From an uncultured Clostridia bacterium (GTDB lineage Bacteria > Bacillota > Clostridia > Christensenellales > Aristaeellaceae), in the NCBI GenBank assembly GCA_946407745.1, contig CAMJPQ010000002.1:21787-85786 (forward strand): a stretch of DNA of 64,000 bases. The letters are read 5' to 3'. Below are positions 29,888-38,327 of this stretch, piece by piece (the stretch's first letter is position 1; each line of letters starts with the position of its first letter). The notes under the pieces were generated by a model, which had not been told where the DNA came from, did no database searches, and saw only the letters and a list, made by a program, of their open reading frames with translations. The position numbers were made by a program, and so were the translations under genes.

Positions 29888-31063
29888 ATGCGGATCAGAT
29901 TCCTTCTTCCATTACTACTCACACTGCTGCTTGTCACATTTGCCTGCGCTGCGGCAGAGGATGCCGGTGGTGACCCGCTGAGCTGGACAGAGCTGTCCCT
30001 GTGGGCAGAGGGATACCGCGAGGCTGCCTTGGCGACCGAGCCCCTCAATGACCCAACGGCGGAAGAGGCGCTGACCGATGACGGCTATGCCTTTGTGTAC
30101 CCTTTTGCAACGCTGTTTTTTGACGCGCCTGTATTGGATGAAAGCACACACCTGAACGCGGTGTCCATCGTTTCTGCCCAGGAGCTCGCGCCGCACATGA
30201 CTGCCTGCGGACAGATGGCCTGGCAGGTGCTTGAGGCTTATTATCAGGAAAACGCGGAGCTGGAGGGCACCAGTCAGCGGGCAATTCTCTTTGTGGCAGA
30301 TTTCCTTCCCTACTATGCACGTTGGGGAATGGTCAGCCGTGATGGAGCTGAGCTGAACGCCATTCAGTACAGTGTGCATGAGCAAGATGACGATGCCAGC
30401 GGTCTGTACACAGATGCCGGCATCGTATATCGGCTTACAGGCGGCGAGGTCGCGGAGATCTATGCCTATGGTCTTTCTAGCCATATCAGCTATGAACAGG
30501 CCCTGGCCACGGTAAACATGGCACAGCAGTGGCAGCTGGAAAGCGATGGAACACAGGTGGACACCGTTTCCGCGCAGGAGAGCTTCTTCGGCCTTTCCGA
30601 CCTGACATTCTCCGGCCTGTCCTTTCCGGACACACTGCCCGAGCAGGCGGCCAACGTGCTGACGGGATACGATGACTGGATTGATGAGAATCACGACTTC
30701 CTGCGCATGTTCACCTCTGATGATGCCGAGCTGACATGGAGCTATCAGCATTCCAGCGAGGTGCCCGAGCTGCTGGCCATTGAGATTTATGGCGGCGGAC
30801 TGACAGGCCCCCGCGGCATGCGCGTGGGTGACAGCCGTGAGGCTGTGCAGGCACTCTTCCCCAGCGGTGAGGGCGAGTATGACGGAACCCGTGAAATGTT
30901 TTACGGCGAAGAAGGCACCGCGCCCTATGGCATGGCGGAATACGCAGGCAACGGCGAGGCAGTTTTCCGCTATGCGTGCCTGCTGCCTGACGGTCGGGAG
31001 GCAGTGCTGATGCTGTCTTTCTTCAGCGACCAGCTGAACAGTATCTTGCTTTACGCCCGCTGA
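29888..31063 (+). CDS. Exported hypothetical protein, possible lipoprotein
   Basis: N-terminus MRIRFLLPLLLTLLLVTFAC-AAAED (lipobox-like). Acidic, Tyr-rich mature part. The opposite-strand ORF 29915-31075 has an Arg/Cys/His-rich nonsense-like composition. Confidence 0.55.
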   Translation: MRIRFLLPLLLTLLLVTFACAAAEDAGGDPLSWTELSLWAEGYREAALATEPLNDPTAEEALTDDGYAFVYPFATLFFDAPVLDESTHLNAVSIVSAQELAPHMTACGQMAWQVLEAYYQENAELEGTSQRAILFVADFLPYYARWGMVSRDGAELNAIQYSVHEQDDDASGLYTDAGIVYRLTGGEVAEIYAYGLSSHISYEQALATVNMAQQWQLESDGTQVDTVSAQESFFGLSDLTFSGLSFPDTLPEQAANVLTGYDDWIDENHDFLRMFTSDDAELTWSYQHSSEVPELLAIEIYGGGLTGPRGMRVGDSREAVQALFPSGEGEYDGTREMFYGEEGTAPYGMAEYAGNGEAVFRYACLLPDGREAVLMLSFFSDQLNSILLYAR

Positions 31064-31075
31064 GGTGATCAGCAT

Positions 31076-31102
31076 ACCGGCGCCTCTTCTGCGCCGGTTT
31101 TT
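31076..31102 (+). terminator. Rho-independent terminator
   Basis: ACCGGCGC (31076-31083) pairs with GCGCCGGT (31091-31098), followed by TTTTT. Confidence 0.55.
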
Positions 31103-31125
31103 CCATCACTCAGGAGGAAACCGAT

Positions 31126-34100
31126 ATGAAAGTGGATCTGAACTGCCCTGTTGAGGTGTGGAAGGTCAAAGCCCCCACAGAGGACTATGCCGCCTGCGAA
31201 CTGACCCTTTTCAACCTTTCCGACAAGCAGATTGTGTCCGTTGAAGTGATACTGCGCATTCTCGATGAAAGCGGCGAAGAGCTTTCACGCCTGATAGACC
31301 GCAACCGCGACCTGCACGGCATGCCGGGAGAAACCTTTCACATGCCGGTAGAATTGCCGGATGATCTGCTGCACGAGAAGGACTATACCGCGAGCGTTGA
31401 AAAGGTGTGGTATGAGGATGGCACTGTCTGGCGCCGCAGCCGCGGCGGCGTGATTGAGGTCCGCTCCAATGCACTGCCCCAGGGAAGAGAGCTGGATGAG
31501 CTGCGCACCGTCGCGGGCGGCAACCTTGTTGCGGGCTACCCGGAGGAGCAGGGGGAGGTATGGCTGTGCGTCTGCGGCCGGCCGAATCCGATAGACAGTG
31601 AGGCCTGTGTTCGCTGTGGAAGAAACAAGCGCTTTGTATTTGAACAATACTCTCCCTCCGCGGTGAGGGAAAAGGTAGAGAGCATGCAAAGGCAGCTGAC
31701 CTCGCGCACCCGCGAGGTGCTGGCCACCGCGAGCGAAAGCAGTGCCGGGAAGACCGATACCGTTATCAGGAAAAAAAAGAGAAACTGGATAGTGCCTGTT
31801 TGCGTCATTGTCGTGCTTCTGGCAGCAGCTGCCTATGGCACGATATACCATCTGATGCCCTATCTCCATTACCGGAACGCGGTGCGGCAGATGGAAGCCG
31901 GCGCGCTGAGCGAGGCACAGTCGCTCTTTGAGGGGATGGACGGCTACCGCGATGCCGCCAGTCTTGCCCTGCAGTGCCAGTATCTGCAGGCAATGAATCT
32001 GTTGGACAGCGCCACCGCTGCGCAGGACGCGGATGGACTCAGCCGCGCCCGCGAGGCCTTTTCAGCGCTTTCCTCCTACGCGGACAGCGGCAATATGGCC
32101 ATGGAATGCGAGTACCGGCGTGCGCAGGTTCTTCTTCAGAATGGGCAGCCGCTGCAGGCAAGCGATATCTTTACAAGGCTTGCGGGCTACCGTGACAGTG
32201 CGGACATGGTGAAGGAATGCGCCTACGAGCGTGCGCTGCAGCTGTATGGTTCCGGCGCATGGGAGGATGCACACAGCGCCTTTGTGGCACTCGGAGATTA
32301 TTCTGACGCGGCCGACCAGGCCCTGCAGTGCTATTATCAGGCCGGAAAGCGTGCCATGCAGAATGGAGAATGGGATGCGGCGATCGGCTATCTAGGCCAG
32401 CTCGGAGACCTGAGTAACTCCGTGGAGCTTTTACGCCAGGCGCATTATGAAAAGGCTTCCGCGCTGTTTGCAGAGGGAAATATGGCGGCTGCCGGAGAAG
32501 AGTTTCTCCTCTCCGACGGCTATGAGGATGCCGCGCAGCGTGCCATCGAATGCATTTATACGCCTGCAATGCAGTTGATGGAGAGCGGTGACTACCACGC
32601 AGCCGCGCCGCTTTTTGCCTCAATTCCGGACTACCAGGATGCACAGGAGAAATGGCGGGAGTGTGTACTGAAGGACGCGGAGCAGGCTATGCACGACCTG
32701 GAATACATCCGCGCTGACGCATTGCTTGACCAGCTTGCCGAGGATGATGAAGAGGCAAAAGTGCTGCGGACAGAAATCGCCTACCGTTCTGCGGAAGCAC
32801 TGATGGCAAAGGGCAACTACCGGGAAGCGGCAGAGGCATTCACTGTGCTTGGCAGCTACTCAGACAGTGAAAGCAAGGTGCTAAGTGCGCGATACGCACA
32901 GGCCAGGAAGGCCATGGAAGACGGAGATTACACTGCTGCCGCCACACTGTATGAGAACCTGGGCTCGTATTCGGACAGTACCGTTCAGCTTCGGGAGGCA
33001 CGCTATCAGCTTGCGGCGCAGTATGCTGGTGAAGAACTGTGGGATCAGGCCGCGGACGTATACCTGATGCTCGGCAGCTATAAGCAGAGCCAGGCAAAGC
33101 TTCAGGAAGCGCGTTATTATGCGGCTGAGCTGAGCTATCAGGCTGGTGAATGGGAGGACGCGAGAGCGCGGTTTGAAGCCCTTGGCAGCTATTCTGACGC
33201 TGCCGAAAGAATCAAAGCGTGTGATTACGCAAAGGCAGATGAGCTTTCAGCCGCCGGCAAAGCGGAGGAAGCGCTGGTGATATATGAAAGCCTGGGCAAT
33301 TATTCTGACGCTGAAGAGAAAGCCAATTCCATCCGCTATAGTGCTGCGGACCATCTGCTGCAGGAGGGCAAGCTGGAGGAAGCCCTAACTGCGTTTGAGT
33401 CACTGGGTGAGTATTCCGACGCTGAGGCAAGGGCAAAGGCCTGCCGCTATGCCCTTGCCGACACGCTGGCAAAAAACGGCGAGTACCCTGAGGCAATCGC
33501 AGCATTTGAAGCGCTGGGTGATTACGAGGATACCCAGGAGCGCATCAGCCTGTGCCGCTATGATATGGCGAACAGCTTAGCAGCGGCAGGGCATCTGGAA
33601 GAAGCGGAAGCCATCTTTACCGCGCTTGGAAGCTATCTGGACGCTGCCGACCGTGCGCTGGACTGCAAAATGCAGATGGCGGATGCGCTTTACACCGGCG
33701 GACAGCTGCAGGAGGCTGCTGAGGCTTTCGAAGCGCTGTCAGACAAGCTGCCCGAAGCTGCCGCACGGGCAAACAAATGCCGCTATGAGATCGCGGAAAA
33801 GCTGCTTTCAGAGGCAAAATGGGAGGAAGCTGAGGCTGCTTTCCTCCAACTGGGCGAATATGAGGATGCCGCAGAGCAGGCAGCCCAGGTTCCCTGGCTG
33901 AGGGCGGACGCGATGAAAGAATCCGGAGACTTTCAGGGCGCTGCAGAACTGTACGACGCGCTGGCTGTGACACAGCCCGAAGCGAAGGCGCAGGCGGATG
34001 CCTGCCGCTATCAGATTGCTGAAAACTATCTGGCGCAGGAGCAGTGGAGTCAGGCCGCAGAGGCCTTCAGTGCAATCTCCGGCTATGAAGACGCTGCAGA

Positions 34101-34851
34101 ACGTGCGCTTCAATCCTGCTATGAGCAGGCGGAACACATGCTCGCAGACGGCGATACCGAAAAAGCTCTGGACCTGTTCGCGTCACTGGGAGACTACAGC
34201 GATGCAGCGGTGAGAATACAGAATATCGTCTATGGACAGGCACAGGAGGCTGAAACAGCAGGCGATTTGAACCAGGCAGCAGCGCTATATCTGTCCGCAG
34301 GTGATTACATGGATGCATCTGAAAGGGCAAAGGAAATCACCAACAGGGTTTGGATCGAAGCCGCCGAGGCTGCGCAGATGCTCGGCGATCAATGGGAGAA
34401 AGTGGCGGGAAAGCTGGACGGACTTGATTTCGCTGCCGCGCCGGAAGAATACGCCTTCCTGCAGGGCCTGTATGAAGACGCCTGCCTGAAAGCGGGTAAA
34501 GCATTGCTGGAGGCTGGTGACCCGCGCTCAGCCTATCCCTATCTGCAGCGGGTGCGCGGCAGGGAGGGAGTTGCCGAACTGATGGACCGCACGGAGTGGA
34601 ATATTCTGGGCACCTGGCAGGATGCGAATCATACTGTGATTATCAATTATGACGGCAGACTGATTATCGATACCGAACTATTTGACTATGCGCTGGACGG
34701 CTACGCGCTGGTGTCCAGCGGTGAGCCGGTGCTGAAGGTATTCTCGCTCAGCGGCGGAAAAATGGGCATACGCGATGTCCGGTACGGCGGCAATATTGCC
34801 ATGAATCTTGAACGCACCGCCTTAGATCCGCTGCTCCCCCTGCCACAGTAA
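31126..34851 (+). CDS. Large zinc-ribbon / single-TM protein with about 22 tandem 37-residue alpha-helical (TPR-like) repeats
   Basis: 1241 aa. Cytoplasmic N-domain, zinc ribbon CVCGRPNPIDSEACVRCG, TM helix IVPVCVIVVLLAAAAYGTIY. Then a repeat consensus of roughly F.ALG.Y.DA......C.Y..A..L...G.W.EA, and a distinct approximately 150-aa C-terminal domain. Confidence 0.7.
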   Translation: MKVDLNCPVEVWKVKAPTEDYAACELTLFNLSDKQIVSVEVILRILDESGEELSRLIDRNRDLHGMPGETFHMPVELPDDLLHEKDYTASVEKVWYEDGTVWRRSRGGVIEVRSNALPQGRELDELRTVAGGNLVAGYPEEQGEVWLCVCGRPNPIDSEACVRCGRNKRFVFEQYSPSAVREKVESMQRQLTSRTREVLATASESSAGKTDTVIRKKKRNWIVPVCVIVVLLAAAAYGTIYHLMPYLHYRNAVRQMEAGALSEAQSLFEGMDGYRDAASLALQCQYLQAMNLLDSATAAQDADGLSRAREAFSALSSYADSGNMAMECEYRRAQVLLQNGQPLQASDIFTRLAGYRDSADMVKECAYERALQLYGSGAWEDAHSAFVALGDYSDAADQALQCYYQAGKRAMQNGEWDAAIGYLGQLGDLSNSVELLRQAHYEKASALFAEGNMAAAGEEFLLSDGYEDAAQRAIECIYTPAMQLMESGDYHAAAPLFASIPDYQDAQEKWRECVLKDAEQAMHDLEYIRADALLDQLAEDDEEAKVLRTEIAYRSAEALMAKGNYREAAEAFTVLGSYSDSESKVLSARYAQARKAMEDGDYTAAATLYENLGSYSDSTVQLREARYQLAAQYAGEELWDQAADVYLMLGSYKQSQAKLQEARYYAAELSYQAGEWEDARARFEALGSYSDAAERIKACDYAKADELSAAGKAEEALVIYESLGNYSDAEEKANSIRYSAADHLLQEGKLEEALTAFESLGEYSDAEARAKACRYALADTLAKNGEYPEAIAAFEALGDYEDTQERISLCRYDMANSLAAAGHLEEAEAIFTALGSYLDAADRALDCKMQMADALYTGGQLQEAAEAFEALSDKLPEAAARANKCRYEIAEKLLSEAKWEEAEAAFLQLGEYEDAAEQAAQVPWLRADAMKESGDFQGAAELYDALAVTQPEAKAQADACRYQIAENYLAQEQWSQAAEAFSAISGYEDAAERALQSCYEQAEHMLADGDTEKALDLFASLGDYSDAAVRIQNIVYGQAQEAETAGDLNQAAALYLSAGDYMDASERAKEITNRVWIEAAEAAQMLGDQWEKVAGKLDGLDFAAAPEEYAFLQGLYEDACLKAGKALLEAGDPRSAYPYLQRVRGREGVAELMDRTEWNILGTWQDANHTVIINYDGRLIIDTELFDYALDGYALVSSGEPVLKVFSLSGGKMGIRDVRYGGNIAMNLERTALDPLLPLPQ
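31921..34340 (+). repeat. Protein-level tandem repeat array (111-nt period, diverged at DNA level) inside CDS 31126-34851
   Basis: Counting FEALGSYSDAAERIKACDYAKADELSAAGKAEEALVI to the next (Y)ESLG gives 37 residues. The LG.Y.DA motif recurs at that spacing through most of the extracytoplasmic part. Confidence 0.7.
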
Positions 34852-34872
34852 GGTCTTCTCACAATTGTAACA

Positions 34873-34903
34873 CCTTTGCAACACTTCGTTGCAAAGGTTT
34901 TTT
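34873..34903 (+). terminator. Rho-independent terminator
   Basis: CCTTTGCAAC (34873-34882) pairs with GTTGCAAAGG (34888-34897), followed by TTTTTT. Confidence 0.65.
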
Positions 34904-34996
34904 GTAAATTTCACATATTTGACGGACTATTTACGTCGGATATGGCGTATAATATATGTACCGCAGATAATGGCAATCGGGATGTGCGTCGTTTTT

Positions 34997-35046
34997 GTGC
35001 GGTGGGATAGAGAGGAAACCGCACAGGACGTTGTGCGGAAGGAGGG
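34997..35046 (+). promoter_or_regulatory. Three-element alternative-pairing leader ahead of the SH3b gene
   Basis: GTGCGGT (34997-35003), ACCGCAC (35018-35024) and GTGCGG (35033-35038). Element 2 can pair with either 1 or 3, and element 3 abuts the AAGGAGGG RBS. A TATAAT lies at 34948-34953. Confidence 0.35.
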
Positions 35047-35051
35047 ATAAA

Positions 35052-36920
35052 GTGAAACGATTGATCTCCTGGGCGCTGCTGCTCACGCTGCTTCTGACGC
35101 TGCTGGTGACTGCTCCGGCGCAGGCAGCGCAGTATGGCACTGTGCGCGGCGGCTGGCTGCGACTGCGTTCTGACCCGAGCTATGGCGCATACAATGTCAT
35201 TGGCAGTTACCGCACCGGCACGGTCGTTACCATCCTGGGTGAATACGGTGGCTGGTATCATGTGACCACACCGGACGGAAAGACCGGTTATATGGTAAAA
35301 ACCTATATCACGCTTTCCGGTGGCTATACACCCACTGTGCCGGAATGGCATGGCACCCCAAGCGGTGAAACGGGCTATGTTTACAGTGCAAACGGCAGAG
35401 GTGTGCGGCTTCGTTCAACGCCGCAGGTCACCGGCTATAACGTGATTGGCCTCTACAGCGTAGGTACGCGCCTGACCATACTGGAGCGGGGCAGCTATTG
35501 GCACCGAGTATCCATCGGCAGCCAGACCGGCTACATGATGGCTCAGTACATCCGCACGGATACCTCCCCCACCCCGCCCGGTGATATCACTTGGCAGATT
35601 ACCTATGTGTCTCCGTATTCGGCCTATGTCACATCCGGAAACGGCGGCAACGTGTGGTTCCGCCTATCTCCCTCCACCAGCAGCGGCGTGTACGGCAGCT
35701 ACCCCGTGGGCACCCGTGTGACCGTGCTTGGTTACTGGGGCAGCTGGAGTTATATCCAGATCGGCGGTCAGACCGGCTGGATGATGTCCGCCTTCCTGAC
35801 AACCGGAGGCATGCCGATGCCGCAGCCCACCAGCACACCGCTGATCGAAACCGTTGGTATACTGAAGGGTGTCTCCCTCAGCAGCATGAGTCCATATGTC
35901 GGTGCAATGCTGTCTGTCATTACCTCGCCCAGCGGCGCGGATGTCAATGTATACTGGTACAACGAGCTGCATCAGCAGGTCGGCACCGGCCGCAACTATA
36001 CTGTGCAGTACAGCGACCTTGGCCACCGGCTCTATGCCTATGCGGAAGGAAGGGGCAACTGGCAGGGCACTGCCTCCTCGTCAATGACCAGCGCCGTAGT
36101 CGGCGGCGGCAGCACGCCGTCAAGCGGTGCTCTGACAGGCATTGAGCTGACGATCACTGACCCCATTGCCGGTGACAAGCTGCACGCACTGGTCTATCCT
36201 GACGGCGCAAATGCCGATATCACCTGGTATAACGACCTGAATGTGCTGGTCGGCACAGGCGCTTACTATCAAACCACAGCGGCAGATGTGGGCAGACGTT
36301 TCAAGGCCCAGGCTGTCGGCAAAGGAACCTGGCTTGGTTCCGTTTCCACCGGCTACACCAAGTCTGTGAAGGGCACAGGCGGCGCAGTGTCCCTTCCCAT
36401 TGAGGGCATGCTGTCATTGCCTGTGAGCGCCAGAGTCAATGATGTGATCGCATCGGCCCTCTCCGGCTGCAACGCGCCGGCTTCTGTGCTGAAGTACACC
36501 TGGTACATCGGTGCTCAAGTTGTCGGCAGCGGCAGCACATTGAAGGTTTCCGCCGAGATGGCTGCCAAGGAGCTGCGGCTTGTGCTGACTGCAGACGGCT
36601 TTATGAACAGTCTCACAGCAAAATGCTATATCCAGCCTGCCGGAGAAACTGACTCCGGGTTCACCGCGCCGGTGGAGAAAATCGAACCCGTCAAGCATGT
36701 AGAACCCGTTGAGGTTGAGCCCATTGTTCCTGTTGTCGAGCCCGTGATCGTTGAGCCTATCGTTCCCGTTGTCGAGCCCGAGACAGTGGAACCTGTCGTG
36801 GAGCCTGTGCAAAAAATCGAGCCTGTGGTGATTGAGCCTGCCACACCGGAATCACCTGTGATCATCGTCGATCCCGCTCCTTCTGCTCCCGGTGTCGAGC
36901 TGATTGTCCCCGGCACATAA
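35052..36920 (+). CDS. Secreted protein with three SH3b domains, three Ig-like repeats and a Pro/Val/Glu-rich tail
   Basis: GTG at 35052 follows AAGGAGGGA. Signal peptide LLLTLLLTLLVTAPAQA. Three copies of an SH3b-like G.V.....LR..P......VIG.Y..GT.VT.L...G.W..V.....TGYM. Three repeats of the ...WYN.L...VGTG..Y... type. Confidence 0.7.
   Translation: MKRLISWALLLTLLLTLLVTAPAQAAQYGTVRGGWLRLRSDPSYGAYNVIGSYRTGTVVTILGEYGGWYHVTTPDGKTGYMVKTYITLSGGYTPTVPEWHGTPSGETGYVYSANGRGVRLRSTPQVTGYNVIGLYSVGTRLTILERGSYWHRVSIGSQTGYMMAQYIRTDTSPTPPGDITWQITYVSPYSAYVTSGNGGNVWFRLSPSTSSGVYGSYPVGTRVTVLGYWGSWSYIQIGGQTGWMMSAFLTTGGMPMPQPTSTPLIETVGILKGVSLSSMSPYVGAMLSVITSPSGADVNVYWYNELHQQVGTGRNYTVQYSDLGHRLYAYAEGRGNWQGTASSSMTSAVVGGGSTPSSGALTGIELTITDPIAGDKLHALVYPDGANADITWYNDLNVLVGTGAYYQTTAADVGRRFKAQAVGKGTWLGSVSTGYTKSVKGTGGAVSLPIEGMLSLPVSARVNDVIASALSGCNAPASVLKYTWYIGAQVVGSGSTLKVSAEMAAKELRLVLTADGFMNSLTAKCYIQPAGETDSGFTAPVEKIEPVKHVEPVEVEPIVPVVEPVIVEPIVPVVEPETVEPVVEPVQKIEPVVIEPATPESPVIIVDPAPSAPGVELIVPGT
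36714..36779 (+). repeat. Imperfect 36-nt tandem duplication encoding VEPIVPVVEP
   Basis: GTTGAGCCCATTGTTCCTGTTGTCGAGCCC (36714-36743), then GTGATC, then GTTGAGCCTATCGTTCCCGTTGTCGAGCCC (36750-36779). Confidence 0.7.
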
Positions 36921-36945
36921 TGTGTTTTCAATGGAGGATATCGAA

Positions 36946-38202
36946 ATGAAGAAACTATTTTCCCTTCTGCTGGCGCTGGTACTGATTGCTGGCAGCGTAT
37001 CCGCCCTTTCTGACGGTGGAGAAGCCTATTTTGTCATCCCGAATGAGGGTGTACGGCTGAATGTGCCTGCCTGGGAGGAGCCTGTAGGTGTTCACACCAA
37101 GAACATTGACGGCATCATCACCGTCACCTTCTACAGCGATGTGGACAGTGCCGTGGTGCACTGGCTTGCGCACAGCGAGACCGATGAAGAACTGAAAATC
37201 AATGGCCGTGTGGCTACTTACAGCACCTATGGCCACAAGTATCAGCCGGGCATCGCCGGACGCCCCCTGAACATTACCGAGTCCGTCGCCAAGAAAATGG
37301 GCGGTCTGGTCATCGACTACGAAGGACAGTATGCAATTGACCTTGGGCCGGAAGTCACCTCGCCCGAAATGGCACGCAAGCTGGTTGAAGCCTATGTCGA
37401 CGGCACAGATCAGTACTATTACGCGGATGAGTATGACCTGGATCCGTGGAACAACCCCATCACCGGTGTTCACCGCATTGCCGCCAAGCCTGTGTGGAGC
37501 TGGTTTGTGCAGAAAACCACTGTAAAGGGCCAGAAACAGCCTGTGTGGAAAATCATGCAGACCTATGGCCTGAAGGTGGATGGACCTGCATACACCGTCA
37601 CGGCCGGCAACCTGATCACCACCCATGCCCGCACCGGTGCCTGGATGAGTGAAACGATTGTGGTAGAGAACAGTGATGTTTTCCAGAGCGGTATCGGCGG
37701 TGCGACTGCTTATGTCACATACAAGAAGCTGGGCGATTCCACCCGCAGGGTCAATCTGGGAACGACCGATACCCTGCAGGGCCAGAGCTACGACAGCTAT
37801 GAGGTGACAGGCACCGACGCCGACGGAAACCCTGTGTACACACTGTATTCCAATTCTGTCATTCACCGTGAGCCCGCCTATCTCTACCAGGTCAAGGAAG
37901 AGTACGCAGAGGGTCCGATCGCATCTGTTACCGCCCAGTTCCGCGCAGACCGTGACCGCACAATGGTCCATTATGCGGTGGAGTATCGCAGTGAGAGCGG
38001 CTTTGTGTATCGCGTGCAGTATTCACCGGCCAATGCCCGCCAGAATGGTTGGGTGCTGAAGGACGGTGAGGTGCTCTATCGCAACGGCAGCGGCCGGTAT
38101 CGCGATACCACCTGGGTGAACGTGGAAACATGGAAGTTTGCCACTGATCCCTACCTTGAATCCTTTGCCTCCTTTGACCGTTCTCCGCGCACCGCGTGGT
38201 AA
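36946..38202 (+). CDS. Secreted hypothetical protein
   Basis: ATG at 36946 follows GGAGGA. Signal peptide MKKLFSLLLALVLIAGSVSALS. No family recognised. The antisense ORF 36955-37971 has a shadow-ORF composition. Confidence 0.55.
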   Translation: MKKLFSLLLALVLIAGSVSALSDGGEAYFVIPNEGVRLNVPAWEEPVGVHTKNIDGIITVTFYSDVDSAVVHWLAHSETDEELKINGRVATYSTYGHKYQPGIAGRPLNITESVAKKMGGLVIDYEGQYAIDLGPEVTSPEMARKLVEAYVDGTDQYYYADEYDLDPWNNPITGVHRIAAKPVWSWFVQKTTVKGQKQPVWKIMQTYGLKVDGPAYTVTAGNLITTHARTGAWMSETIVVENSDVFQSGIGGATAYVTYKKLGDSTRRVNLGTTDTLQGQSYDSYEVTGTDADGNPVYTLYSNSVIHREPAYLYQVKEEYAEGPIASVTAQFRADRDRTMVHYAVEYRSESGFVYRVQYSPANARQNGWVLKDGEVLYRNGSGRYRDTTWVNVETWKFATDPYLESFASFDRSPRTAW

Positions 38203-38219
38203 CGCTAGTCTGGCTATTC

Positions 38220-38249
38220 AAACCAGCCTTTCCGGCTGGTTTTCTTTTT
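38220..38249 (+). terminator. Rho-independent terminator
   Basis: AAACCAGCC pairs with GGCTGGTTT around a TTTCC loop, followed by TCTTTTTG. Confidence 0.6.
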
Positions 38250-38269
38250 GTTCCTTCTGTATGGATATA

Positions 38270-38298
38270 TTGACGCCGCAAGGCAGATGAGCTAAAAT
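38270..38298 (+). promoter_or_regulatory. Candidate promoter of the LysR-metA unit
   Basis: TTGACG (38270-38275), 17-nt spacer, TAAAAT (38293-38298). Confidence 0.45.
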
Positions 38299-38327
38299 GT
38301 GCCATACTGCTGTGAGGAGGTGGTACG

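Noticed and set aside
29915-31075. 386-aa minus-strand ORF mirroring the 29888-31063 gene
   Set aside because: The plus-strand product has a signal/lipobox sequence, an RBS and normal acidic/aromatic composition. The minus-strand product is Arg/Cys/His/Gln-rich with no RBS, so I chose the plus strand.
31921-34340. Regular approximately 111-nt periodicity, and the 36-nt repeats at 36714-36779, considered as possible CRISPR-like or satellite arrays
   Set aside because: Both lie inside long ORFs with consistent protein-level repeat consensus. The units have diverged at the DNA level, there are no unique spacers between conserved repeats, and there are no cas genes in the window.
36955-37971. 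338-aa minus-strand ORF inside the 36946-38202 gene
   Set aside because: Same reasoning as above. The plus-strand ORF has an RBS, a signal peptide and a downstream terminator, so the antisense ORF is a shadow frame.
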